IMG/VR virus record: IMGVR_UViG_2690316311_000019
DNA length: 64,000 nt
Strand: one strand, 5' to 3'
Source of the DNA: a virus
Taxonomy: Duplodnaviria > Heunggongvirae > Uroviricota > Caudoviricetes
The position numbers and the translations under genes were made by a program. The notes below the pieces were generated by a model that was not told the DNA's origin, made no database searches, and was given only the letters and a program-made list of their open reading frames with translations. Position 1 is the stretch's first letter. Each line of letters starts with the position of its first letter. Of the stretch, positions 11,886-20,384 are shown one piece after another.

Positions 11886-13070
11886 TCAAGCCTTAAGAGG
11901 CTTTGTGTATGTTCGTGTAATCCAACCAGTAATAAACTCATCCCCTGATTTAACCTGCACGTAAAGCCATTGACGATCTTTCTTATCTAAAATAGCAACA
12001 ATTGTGTTTTTGCCAATGCATTCAATCACTTCACTATTTAAAGAAGGACTGACATGTAATCTTACGTTATCACCAGTTATAAACCTAAAACCATTGAGAT
12101 CTTCCCACTTAATTTCTGTGTTTTCTTTAATTAATTTTTGTTTTGATATTGGTGCATCCTCATATAGGGATACAGAATATGATTCTGTCTTGTGTATTTG
12201 CGATAAGATTTGTTCTTTTGCATAATCAGCAATAGCGCCAAGCACCACTTCTGTTAAAAGCCACATAATAATAAACTGAAGCGGGTGAGGGAGCGACTTA
12301 AATGAATCAATGAACGTCGGACTGGATTTATTTAATCCTTTGTCTTGAACATCACTTTCGTTGTGAGATGTTTCAATAGCACCTTCGACATAAGCCTGTG
12401 CAATTGATGAAAGACTTTGCTCCATTATTTGATGTAATGAAGCCTTTTGCGCTAGGGTATATTGTTTTAATGATTCTTTTATTTCATTGTTTAAATCTAT
12501 CTTATGACTTACATTTTGTCGCAATTCATTAAGTATTGCTTGCATGTTATTTAAACCAGCTTGCTTATTAAGCATCTCGAACTGGTTTCGTAACGGCATA
12601 GCAATTTCTGCCTGCTTCCTTAGCATTTGAATGTATTTATTTGCATCATGCGGGGGATAAACCTTGGCCTGTTTCTGTAGAATTTCAAGAAATTCACGAT
12701 GCTTGCTATTTATTCTTCTCAAGCTCGTCATGTTCGCAAGCTGTTTTTTAACAGAATCACTAAGTAACGATTGCAAATTCAATCTTGCTATTTGTTCTTG
12801 AGCTAGCCGCCCTATTCTTAACTGTTCTTGCAAGTTTGCCATATGTTCTCTATACGATGGAATGATTGCGTTTTTTTGCAGTTCTGCCAACTGTCTAACC
12901 AAATTATTAGAAGCATATTCTGATTTTAATAAATCACTTGCCGATGTATATCCTGGCATTTTGATTTTACTTAAATTATCACGCCAGGTAATATTTGAAT
13001 CTCTATTATAGAGATCGCTTACTGAGCCAAGTGCAAGTTTTTTAATATCCTTCACTTTATTCACCGTCAT
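11886..13070 (-). CDS. Membrane-anchored coiled-coil protein with C-terminal SH3b-like domain (AT-rich cassette gene 2)
   Basis: 394-aa ORF; Q/L-rich heptad N-terminal region, one TM segment (LQFIIMWLLTEVVLGAIADY), C-terminal SH3-like stretch GDNVRLHVSPSLNSEVIECIGKNTIVAILDKKDRQWLYVQVK; markedly AT-rich codon usage. Confidence 0.55.
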   Translation of the reverse strand: MTVNKVKDIKKLALGSVSDLYNRDSNITWRDNLSKIKMPGYTSASDLLKSEYASNNLVRQLAELQKNAIIPSYREHMANLQEQLRIGRLAQEQIARLNLQSLLSDSVKKQLANMTSLRRINSKHREFLEILQKQAKVYPPHDANKYIQMLRKQAEIAMPLRNQFEMLNKQAGLNNMQAILNELRQNVSHKIDLNNEIKESLKQYTLAQKASLHQIMEQSLSSIAQAYVEGAIETSHNESDVQDKGLNKSSPTFIDSFKSLPHPLQFIIMWLLTEVVLGAIADYAKEQILSQIHKTESYSVSLYEDAPISKQKLIKENTEIKWEDLNGFRFITGDNVRLHVSPSLNSEVIECIGKNTIVAILDKKDRQWLYVQVKSGDEFITGWITRTYTKPLKA

Positions 13071-13563
13071 CTTGTTTTAAACACCCGTCATTTTTAGCTT
13101 CTGTATAAATACTGGAAATACCATCCAGAGTGAATGATGTGATTCGACTCGAACCGATATATACATCTATTTTTTTTTCATTTGTAGATGACACTGCCTT
13201 CCAAAATGAATACCATCCCCTACGATTAGGAGCAGTGTTTTGCGTGCCAATATTAAAACTATCCGGGCCAACAATTAAAGTAATTACATCTGCTTTACGT
13301 GATATTGTGTCGCGTGTAGAAAAATCGGCATTCTCTTTTCCTCCGCTTACATACAAATTTCTTCCAGCGATATGATCTTCTGAACCTTCCCTTGCTCCAG
13401 CATCACAGGAAAAGTTAATTGTGTAACCATCGTCATTGGTTGCAGAGATTTCTCTCCACCCTTGCTCACCTCCTACCGTCCAAACGGTAGAACCTGCCAT
13501 TGCTGATAATGGCAGAAAAGAGAACATTAATAAAAAGCTATACAATGACTTATACAATTTCAT
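13057..13563 (-). CDS. Secreted protein with signal peptide (AT-rich cassette gene 1)
   Basis: 168-aa ORF, N-terminal MKLYKSLYSFLLMFSFLPLSAMA signal peptide, overlaps downstream gene by 14 nt; AT-rich. Confidence 0.55.
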   Translation of the reverse strand: MKLYKSLYSFLLMFSFLPLSAMAGSTVWTVGGEQGWREISATNDDGYTINFSCDAGAREGSEDHIAGRNLYVSGGKENADFSTRDTISRKADVITLIVGPDSFNIGTQNTAPNRRGWYSFWKAVSSTNEKKIDVYIGSSRITSFTLDGISSIYTEAKNDGCLKQDDGE

Positions 13564-13651
13564 ATTTTTATCCTTTTGTTTTTAGATATTATAGGCATAG
13601 TCCATATTGTTAGATCCACTATGCCCAGAGAATTTAATATTATTTATTAAA

Positions 13652-14143
13652 TTATGGGGCTACACCCGGCCCCCTGGCTCGTTCTTCAAGCGTACCCTGT
13701 ACGTTTTGATGGCGCATTCCTGGGGCATTTCTTATTGAGTCAATGCCATTTCTTCCAACATCTTCTTTATTAACGGCATTGCTCGCCACCAGCACACCCC
13801 AGCTAGGGATAGCAAAATCAGGAGCGGTTTCGCATGCCTTTACCATATAATCGAAAGTGCTTCGATTGATCTCGTTTGCGTCGGGATTTAATAGGCGAGA
13901 ATATTGATATTTAGCATTTTCGTTGGTTGCGACTTTATATAGTTCTTGCTGCACCATCGCTTCAGAAAGTTTAAGACGTTTCATATCTGACAGTAACTTC
14001 TTGCGCATGGATTCGTCTTGACTGACAGCAAAGCCGTAAACGTGCCCAAGGTATTTCGTATAATCGGTACAAATCTCCTTCACGCTTGATGCTGCATTAA
14101 CAGTCCCAGCCATAAATAATAACGGTAGTAATAGTTTTCTCAT
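13652..14143 (-). CDS. Secreted protein carrying a Sit-like C-terminal motif (possible superimmunity-type protein)
   Basis: Signal peptide MRKLLLPLLFMAGTVNA; C-terminus GMRHQNVQGTLEERARG matches Sit segment GMRREVVQGTLEERARG; start at 14143 preferred (GGTGAGG RBS). Confidence 0.5.
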   Translation of the reverse strand: MRKLLLPLLFMAGTVNAASSVKEICTDYTKYLGHVYGFAVSQDESMRKKLLSDMKRLKLSEAMVQQELYKVATNENAKYQYSRLLNPDANEINRSTFDYMVKACETAPDFAIPSWGVLVASNAVNKEDVGRNGIDSIRNAPGMRHQNVQGTLEERARGPGVAP

Positions 14144-14239
14144 TATAACCTCACCTGCCTTATAACTCATTTAGGGTACATATTTTCGCCTTTAAAAAAA
14201 AGAGGTTATTAGATCCAATTGTGCATTTATTAAACAAGC

Positions 14240-14256
14240 AATGCTCTAATAAATTT
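14240..14256 (+). promoter_or_regulatory. C1-type operator-like site upstream of the immI-like operon
   Basis: AATGCTCTAATAAATTT, one mismatch to recurrent ATTGCTCTAATAAATTT motif, followed by TTTTTAAG -10-like element. Confidence 0.55.
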
Positions 14257-14439
14257 GTATTTTTAAGTCGCGAATGCTATCTTTTCGCATCATATTGACC
14301 TTTTAATCGTTCAGGCTTATAGTTCCGCCGTCGTAGCAAATTCTGCGACCAGGTTTGACAGCCTGAATGATTGTGCGGACAACCGCAGATTTCCGATATT
14401 GCGGTATTTTTGTGTCCGTTAAACCGCGTTACGCCCAAA

Positions 14440-14520
14440 TTATGGTGGGGCGTGATGGGGAGGCTTCGGCCTGCTGGTTTCACAATCGCCAGTCTGTCAA
14501 CCCTGTCACGTCCTGCCACC
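14440..14520 (+). ncRNA. Candidate c4-like antisense regulatory RNA
   Basis: Hairpin-rich non-coding stretch (GGAGGC-TTCG-GCCTG stem with UUCG loop) containing CTGTCAA at 14494-14500, complementary to TTGACAG copies at 14355-14361 and 14524-14530 that flank it; boundaries approximate. Confidence 0.3.
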
Positions 14521-14570
14521 TGTTTGACAGCGGGTAGCAGGTTGTTAAACCTGATTGTGAGGCCGTAACT

Positions 14571-14792
14571 ATGGTTAATGCCAATCCTTGCGCACGCCAA
14601 GAATTCATCTGGCGTTTCTATTCCTGTAAAAAACACCACTATCACTTCGTTATCGCAGCAACAGAAGACGAAGCACGCTCTCAATTGCCTGATGGCCCCT
14701 GCATTTTCACTGCCCGTTTTTCAACTAACTCGCGCAATTCACTTAGTTACTGGAACCTCCCCTTCTCTGCCGACGTTCAGGGGGTTTTATGA
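14571..14792 (+). CDS. icd: Small protein overlapping ant start (Icd-like by position and size)
   Basis: 73-aa ORF ending in ATGA overlap with the ant start. Confidence 0.45.
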   Translation: MVNANPCARQEFIWRFYSCKKHHYHFVIAATEDEARSQLPDGPCIFTARFSTNSRNSLSYWNLPFSADVQGVL

Positions 14793-15832
14793 AAAAACCT
14801 CTCGTCACCCGTAATGAAATAGCCGAAGCGATCGCTTTGCATACAACCTGTATGCCGACACGGGAGATCCCCGGCGCAATTGCCAACTATTTCATGATAA
14901 CCAGACGTTTTTATACCCGAACAGATAAGGCTGTGATCAACAGGCTACTGATAGCCGAGATCAGGGATTATTTGATTGAACAAGGACGTCTACGTTACGC
15001 AACAGTGGCAGCAGAAATGAGAAAGGAGGCGCGCAGAATGACCGGTAATAATTTGAATGTTGAAAAAACAGCACCTGTTGCTTCAGCTACGCCATCACCA
15101 GCTGTGAATGTTATCTCCAACACTGGAGACACAATCGACAGCCAGACACTGTTAAAGATGGTCAATGAAGCGCGTAAGTTATGTGGGGAACCAGAGGTTC
15201 GGAACAACAAATTCATCGAAAAAATACTCGACGAATTAGAAGGTGAGGACGGTTACACAAAAAGTGCAACCGTGCCGCCAGGTGGCGGTACGCCTATGGT
15301 TGTCATAACCATGACCTACAAACAAGCCCTGCGAGTCGCCGCACGCGAATCAAAAGCCGTCCGCCGTTCGCTGATCGACAAACTGGAAGAATTGCAGCAG
15401 GCAAACTCCCCTACCCCATCGATCCCCCAAACATTACCAGAAGCTCTACGCCTGGCTGCCGAGTTGGCAGAACAGAAAATGCAGTTGGAACAACAGCTGG
15501 TGGCCGCAGCCCCTAAAGTCGATTTTGCCGACCGGGTATCAGCGGCTAATGGAATCCTGATCGGGAACTTTGCAAAGGTCGTTGGACTTAAGCAAAACGC
15601 CCTTTTCTCATGGTTGCGCCAGAACGGCATTCTCATGGCTTTTGGTGCGCGCAAAAACGTACCGCGCCAACAGTACATCAACGCCGGATATTTCACGGTG
15701 AAAGAAGTGGTGCTGGATGATGAAGATGGCTACCAGATACGGCTGACGCCCCAATTAACGGGTAAAGGCCAGCAGTGGTTAACTCGCAAGCTACTTGATG
15801 CTGGTTTGTTAAAACCAGTAGCAATAGGTTAA
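14789..15832 (+). CDS. ant1: Antirepressor with C-terminal KilA-C/Ant domain
   Basis: 347-aa ORF; C-terminal LPEALRLAAELAEQK...GKGQQWLTRKLLDAGLL shared with the kilA paralog. Confidence 0.7.
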   Translation: MKKPLVTRNEIAEAIALHTTCMPTREIPGAIANYFMITRRFYTRTDKAVINRLLIAEIRDYLIEQGRLRYATVAAEMRKEARRMTGNNLNVEKTAPVASATPSPAVNVISNTGDTIDSQTLLKMVNEARKLCGEPEVRNNKFIEKILDELEGEDGYTKSATVPPGGGTPMVVITMTYKQALRVAARESKAVRRSLIDKLEELQQANSPTPSIPQTLPEALRLAAELAEQKMQLEQQLVAAAPKVDFADRVSAANGILIGNFAKVVGLKQNALFSWLRQNGILMAFGARKNVPRQQYINAGYFTVKEVVLDDEDGYQIRLTPQLTGKGQQWLTRKLLDAGLLKPVAIG

Positions 15833-15910
15833 CAAAAGAAAAAAACCTGCCAGCAAACTGGCAGGTTTCTGAGCAGATCGACCAACCCGATCTGGATCGA
15901 GTCAGAAAAA

Positions 15911-15927
15911 TTTGCTCTAATAAATTT
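15911..15927 (+). promoter_or_regulatory. C1-type operator-like site upstream of kilA
   Basis: TTTGCTCTAATAAATTT followed by TTTCTAAG. Confidence 0.55.
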
Positions 15928-15996
15928 CGTTTTCTAAGTGCAAAGAATCACCATTTCGAGCTGGTGATTGAAGGTTGATGCAAATTTGGAGAAAAA

Positions 15997-16797
15997 ATGC
16001 AACAAACATTCAATGCGGATATGAATATATCAAACCTTCATCAAAATGTCGATCCTTCAACCACTCTGCCCGTTATTTGTGGTGTTGAAATTACGACCGA
16101 CCGCGCTGGCCGTTACAACCTTAATGCTCTACACAGAGCGAGCGGACTCGGTGCCCATAAAGCGCCAGCTCAATGGCTAAGAACGCTGTCAGCTAAACAG
16201 CTCATCGAAGAGCTTGAAAAAGAAACTATGCAGAATTGCATAGTTTCGTTCGAAGGCCGTGGCGGCGGCACTTTTGCCCATGAATTGCTCGCAGTGGAGT
16301 ACGCTGGTTGGATTTCTCCCGCGTTTCGGCTGAAGGTAAACCAGACATTTATCGACTATCGAGCTGGAAGATTACAACCTGCTATTCCGAAGAGCCTCCC
16401 AGAAGCTCTCCGTTTGGCTGCCGACCTGGCAGAGCAAAAGCAACGGCTGGAGCAAAAAATGCTGATGGATGCACCTAAAGTCGAATTCGCCGAACGCGTT
16501 GCTACCGCCAGCGGGGTTCTAATCGGCAACTATGCCAAAGTGCTCGGCCTGGGCCAAAACTATCTCTTCACCTGGTTGCGTGATAACGGAATTCTGATCG
16601 CAACCGGTGAACGCAGGAACGTCCCCAAACAAGAATACATATCCCGTGGGTATTTCACCCTTAAAGAAACCGTGATCGATACAAGCAATGGAAGCAGGAT
16701 TTCTTTCACGACTCGTATAACCGGCAAAGGTCAGCAGTGGCTGATGAAGCGATTGCTTGATGCTGGTGTGCTGGTACCTGTCGCGGCAGCGCGCTAA
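15997..16797 (+). CDS. kilA: KilA-N plus KilA-C domain protein
   Basis: 266-aa ORF; KilA-N-like N-terminal region (GRYNLNALHRASG...FEGRGGGTFAHELLAVEYAGWISPAF) and Ant-like C-terminus paralogous to 14789..15832. Confidence 0.7.
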   Translation: MQQTFNADMNISNLHQNVDPSTTLPVICGVEITTDRAGRYNLNALHRASGLGAHKAPAQWLRTLSAKQLIEELEKETMQNCIVSFEGRGGGTFAHELLAVEYAGWISPAFRLKVNQTFIDYRAGRLQPAIPKSLPEALRLAADLAEQKQRLEQKMLMDAPKVEFAERVATASGVLIGNYAKVLGLGQNYLFTWLRDNGILIATGERRNVPKQEYISRGYFTLKETVIDTSNGSRISFTTRITGKGQQWLMKRLLDAGVLVPVAAAR

Positions 16798-16826
16798 CAG
16801 ACGTAGTAAGAACCACCAGCATTGTA

Positions 16827-17672
16827 ATGCTGGCTAAAGTCACTTTCCTGAGCTGTATAACGATGAGCGATTTTACTTTTTCTGGCTATGAATTGGCCTG
16901 CTTTGTAACACACTCCGGTCTATCCCGTAGCGCCGGGCATATCCTGTCGCAATGTGCAAATCTCGCGGCAACAACCAGTGAATACTTCATTCACAAGCCT
17001 CACCGCCTGATCGCGGCAGAAACTGGTTATAGCCAATCAACCGTCGTTCGTGCATTCCGTGAAGCTGTAAACAAAGGAATCCTGTCAGTAGAGATTGTTA
17101 TCGGCGATCACCGTGAACGTCGCGCTAACCTGTACCGGTTTACACCATCCTTTTTGGCCTTCGCACAACAAGCAAAAAATGCGCTGATTGAAAGCAAATT
17201 AAAGATCTCTTCAGCGGCAACCAAGGTTAAAGCTGTTCTCGCTAAGACATTGGCTTTATTTAATTTTTTATCCACACCCCCATGTCAAAATGATACCCCC
17301 TCCCCCTGTCAGGATGACGTGGCAATAAAGAATAAGAAGTCACAATTTAAAAAAACAAAAAGATCAGTTTCCGGCGCTGCCGGAACGACCAAACTCAAAA
17401 AATTGACTTCATGGATCGCTGAGGCAAAAGCAAAGGCTGACAATCTGCGGTTATCCAAAAAACGCGCTCAAAAACATGAGTTCAAGCAGAAAGTAGAGGC
17501 GGCAGCGCGGAAATATGCTTACCTGAAGAACAAGCGTTCTCCTGATATTGGCGGGGTATCAAACTTCGATAATCTGCCGCATTGCATGACGGTAAACGAA
17601 GCTCTTAATGCGGTTTTAGCCAAAAATAAAGATAACGAACAATGGGGTATACCGGCAGGATTCAGAGGGTGA
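16827..17672 (+). CDS. repL: Putative lytic replication protein (RepL-like by position)
   Basis: 281-aa ORF following kilA; HTH-like segment ETGYSQSTVVRAFREAVNKGIL. Confidence 0.45.
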   Translation: MLAKVTFLSCITMSDFTFSGYELACFVTHSGLSRSAGHILSQCANLAATTSEYFIHKPHRLIAAETGYSQSTVVRAFREAVNKGILSVEIVIGDHRERRANLYRFTPSFLAFAQQAKNALIESKLKISSAATKVKAVLAKTLALFNFLSTPPCQNDTPSPCQDDVAIKNKKSQFKKTKRSVSGAAGTTKLKKLTSWIAEAKAKADNLRLSKKRAQKHEFKQKVEAAARKYAYLKNKRSPDIGGVSNFDNLPHCMTVNEALNAVLAKNKDNEQWGIPAGFRG

Positions 17673-17722
17673 TAGATTGCTCTAATCTGGAGTCACCTGG
17701 CGTTTTCAGTTTGAGGTCGGAG

Positions 17723-17968
17723 ATGCAATCTGATTTTTTACAGTTAGCGATCGCTTTTGCAGGATATGTTTGTATTGGCTTCTGTGTATACATGATCAGC
17801 CGAAAAATGCTTGTCGATATCGACCGCAAAGAACAAGCAGAGGAGATCTTAGTATGGATTTTCTTTGGCGCGGTCTGGCCATTAGGGATCATGTTTGCTG
17901 CAACATTTCTTCTGATGTGGATATTCACCCTTCCAGGTGATTTCTATAGAAAAAAAGCCAGACATTGA
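17723..17968 (+). CDS. Small membrane protein
   Basis: About 81 aa with two hydrophobic segments; GAGG RBS before ATG at 17723. Confidence 0.4.
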   Translation: MQSDFLQLAIAFAGYVCIGFCVYMISRKMLVDIDRKEQAEEILVWIFFGAVWPLGIMFAATFLLMWIFTLPGDFYRKKARH

Positions 17969-18091
17969 TACAATCGTTGCGGGTGCTTGAGGCTATCTGC
18001 TTCAGGCATTACCCGAAAAGCAGATAGAAGAAAGCCCCAGATAACATTACGCGTCCTGCAAGACGCTTAACATTAATCTGAGGCCACATCT

Positions 18092-18298
18092 ATGCTTAGC
18101 ATACGTAGATTAGCCTCTTACCGACCAAAAGGTCAAGGAGAAGCAGGCTATGAAGCAGCAAAAAGCGATGTTAATCGCTCTGATCGTCATCTGTTTAACC
18201 GTCATTGTGACGGCACTGGTAACGAGGAAAGACCTCTGCGAGGTACGAATCCGAACCGGCCAGACGGAGGTCACTGTCTTCACAGCCTACGAATCTGA
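18092..18298 (+). CDS. mok-like overlapping reading frame of the hok-type locus
   Basis: 68-aa ORF in a different frame overlapping almost the whole hok-like gene, as in hok/mok loci. Confidence 0.35.
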   Translation: MLSIRRLASYRPKGQGEAGYEAAKSDVNRSDRHLFNRHCDGTGNEERPLRGTNPNRPDGGHCLHSLRI

Positions 18299-18305
18299 AA
18301 GGTAA
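18150..18305 (+). CDS. hok: Hok/Gef-family type I toxin
   Basis: 51-aa MKQQKAMLIALIVICLTVIVTALVTRKDLCEVRIRTGQTEVTVFTAYESER matches Hok signature (TRKSLCEIRYRDG..EVAAFMAYES); GGAG RBS. Confidence 0.8.
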   Translation: MKQQKAMLIALIVICLTVIVTALVTRKDLCEVRIRTGQTEVTVFTAYESER

Positions 18306-18312
18306 GAGACCT

Positions 18313-18332
18313 GGCGGGGAGAGATCCCCGCC
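18313..18332 (+). other. Stem-loop at the 3' end of the hok-like mRNA
   Basis: GGCGGGG-AGAGAT-CCCCGCC hairpin directly after the hok stop. Confidence 0.35.
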
Positions 18333-18378
18333 ACTCTTCGTGTGTCAGGTATCCTCAATGCACCCTTTCCTCTCCAAA

Positions 18379-18400
18379 TAAAAAAGCTCCCGAAGGAGCT
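18379..18400 (-). terminator. Rho-independent terminator after the leftward virion operon
   Basis: AGCTCC-CGAA-GGAGCT hairpin followed by a T-run on the minus strand, just downstream of the gene ending at 18422. Confidence 0.5.
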
Positions 18401-18421
18401 TTAAAATACAAGGGATTACTA

Positions 18422-18931
18422 TTAATCCCACTCAATCCAGTTGTAGACGATACGAAGTGACGGGCGCACAGCGGCAGTCACATCTTCGGTACTAAAGTCG
18501 ATTGCATCACTGTAGATTTTGCAGTCCAACATTTCAATTGTTGTAGCAGCTTTTGTCACAGCGTTAACCCCGGAAGATTTGGATTCAGGGGTAGCAGCCA
18601 TCGTGATATCAACATAGTCCTTCGCCGCAATGCGATCCTTGATGAACTGAAGAATATCGCCTTCGATAGTCTCCACGCACTGGACCTGGATTTCCCCAGA
18701 GTTTCGAATTGGTCCGTGCTGGTTGAACTTCACACCATTCGGACCATAGTCCTCCACATCCTCGCGGGTCATTTCAGGAATTTGCGACGTGCGAACCAGT
18801 ACGCTGATATCTTCATGGCCTGCAACAGTGAGCTGGAATTCAGAAGATACCAGTCGTTCGCCTTTGGCCGCGTTGGCAGTATAGCGGCCCTTAATAAATT
18901 TACGGTTTCCCTTAGTGTTATTGTGCCCCAT
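18422..18931 (-). CDS. Virion structural protein (hypothetical)
   Basis: 169-aa ORF, last gene of the leftward structural operon. Confidence 0.4.
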   Translation of the reverse strand: MGHNNTKGNRKFIKGRYTANAAKGERLVSSEFQLTVAGHEDISVLVRTSQIPEMTREDVEDYGPNGVKFNQHGPIRNSGEIQVQCVETIEGDILQFIKDRIAAKDYVDITMAATPESKSSGVNAVTKAATTIEMLDCKIYSDAIDFSTEDVTAAVRPSLRIVYNWIEWD

Positions 18932-18942
18932 ATAAAATCCTT

Positions 18943-19524
18943 TTACTGGAACGCCCGAACAATATCGGAGCTGTTATATATCGAAGAACCGGTCAACTGG
19001 AGGTTGACGGTGTTTTTCAGGAAATGCCCATTGCTGTCCCTGGGCGCATCGAGATCGAAACTTATGTCCTGGATAGCGACATCAATGATGTTGATCTGGC
19101 GACCAATGTTTAGCGTCACACGCTCCGGGATTCGACCACCAATACTGGCATCTTTAAGTTCCGGGCTAATCATCGCTGACAATGCGGCGATAGCTCCTGA
19201 AACCTCCGTGAATGGATCAAACAAAGCGATGAAAGTTACTGGCAGCGTGAAAGTTGGCGGTGTTCCCCCCTCCCAAACCATTAAGCTGTTCCAACGGGCC
19301 ACCGACGTTGTTTCAGTACCAACCTGCGCAAAACCACTGAAGGCACCAGCAACAGACCCCATGGACATACCGGTAAACGGCGCTTCCCAATTCTGGGCCA
19401 TGTTCATTGCTGCCCCCTGGCTGATATATCCGGTAACCTGGTACTGAGAGTTCGTTAAAGTAACTTTCAGAAATGGCGATACACCGTCAGCCTGGCTGTA
19501 AACCCCATAAGGTATAGGTGCCAT
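18943..19524 (-). CDS. Virion structural protein (hypothetical)
   Basis: 193-aa ORF. Confidence 0.4.
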   Translation of the reverse strand: MAPIPYGVYSQADGVSPFLKVTLTNSQYQVTGYISQGAAMNMAQNWEAPFTGMSMGSVAGAFSGFAQVGTETTSVARWNSLMVWEGGTPPTFTLPVTFIALFDPFTEVSGAIAALSAMISPELKDASIGGRIPERVTLNIGRQINIIDVAIQDISFDLDAPRDSNGHFLKNTVNLQLTGSSIYNSSDIVRAFQ

Positions 19525-19559
19525 TCAAGTTAAAGGCCGGAGTTCTCCGGCCTCCTCCT

Positions 19560-20375
19560 TTAGCCAAGGCGCTTACGGCGCAGTTTCATTGACTTTTTGC
19601 GGGCAAGTTTTGCCGCACCCGTCTGGGCTTTTCGACGCGCTTTTTTCAGCGCCGATTTTTGAGCCGCAGTCAGACGTTTTTTACGCAGGCGTTTACGGAT
19701 GAGTTTGATCTCACCGTTACGAACAACCTTCTTAAATGCTTCAGTCAGCATTTCATCAGAAGTGCCAGCAACAACAAACGCCGCTTCCAGTTCGTCACGG
19801 TCGTCGCTATCTAAACCAGCGATAGAGGCACCAACATCAGCAGCTGCGTCGTCGTCTTCATCGTCAGCCAGTGCTTCGATCAGGTCATCATCTACACCGC
19901 ATGCTGCGAGGAAGTCAGCAACATTTGCCCATGCTTCGTTATAGGCATCGTCCTGTTCTTCTGTAACTTCGGAGTCGTCGTCATCAGAGATACCAGCGAT
20001 AGCCTGAACGAAACCATCAAGGGAGTCGAAAGTCAGATCACCGCTATCAGCCCAGGCGAAAACGGCGTCGGCCGCATCACTCAACGCATTCTGCATAGCA
20101 CTTCTATTTGCAGCTTCCAGAATCATCTGGTGCGCCTGTTCGACGGTCCATTCTTTACCGTCTTTCCCTTCCAGGATTTGCTCAGGAGCCGGGGCAGATG
20201 GAACGTTATCGTTAGTCTGTGCCGCCGGTTCCGGATTATTATTAATAACCGGATCTGTTGGCTGTTCGGCGCTTGCTCGGGCAGACTCCATCAGCTGCAC
20301 AGGATCAGAGTTCAAAGCGAAACGAGACAGTCCATTCCCCAAAAATGCCCCGGATTGAAAAAAGTTTTTGCTCAT
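19560..20375 (-). CDS. Acidic protein with highly basic C-terminal tail (scaffold or internal protein candidate)
   Basis: 271-aa ORF; D/E-rich centre, C-terminal KRLRKKRLTAAQKSALKKARRKAQ. Confidence 0.4.
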   Translation of the reverse strand: MSKNFFQSGAFLGNGLSRFALNSDPVQLMESARASAEQPTDPVINNNPEPAAQTNDNVPSAPAPEQILEGKDGKEWTVEQAHQMILEAANRSAMQNALSDAADAVFAWADSGDLTFDSLDGFVQAIAGISDDDDSEVTEEQDDAYNEAWANVADFLAACGVDDDLIEALADDEDDDAAADVGASIAGLDSDDRDELEAAFVVAGTSDEMLTEAFKKVVRNGEIKLIRKRLRKKRLTAAQKSALKKARRKAQTGAAKLARKKSMKLRRKRLG

Positions 20376-20384
20376 TGTATTCCC

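Noticed and set aside
14240-14256. ATTGCTCTAATAAATTT motif as a late-promoter element
   Set aside because: It occurs in front of early and maintenance operons (immI, kilA-repL, helicase) as well as accessory operons, and is asymmetric; a repressor operator fits better
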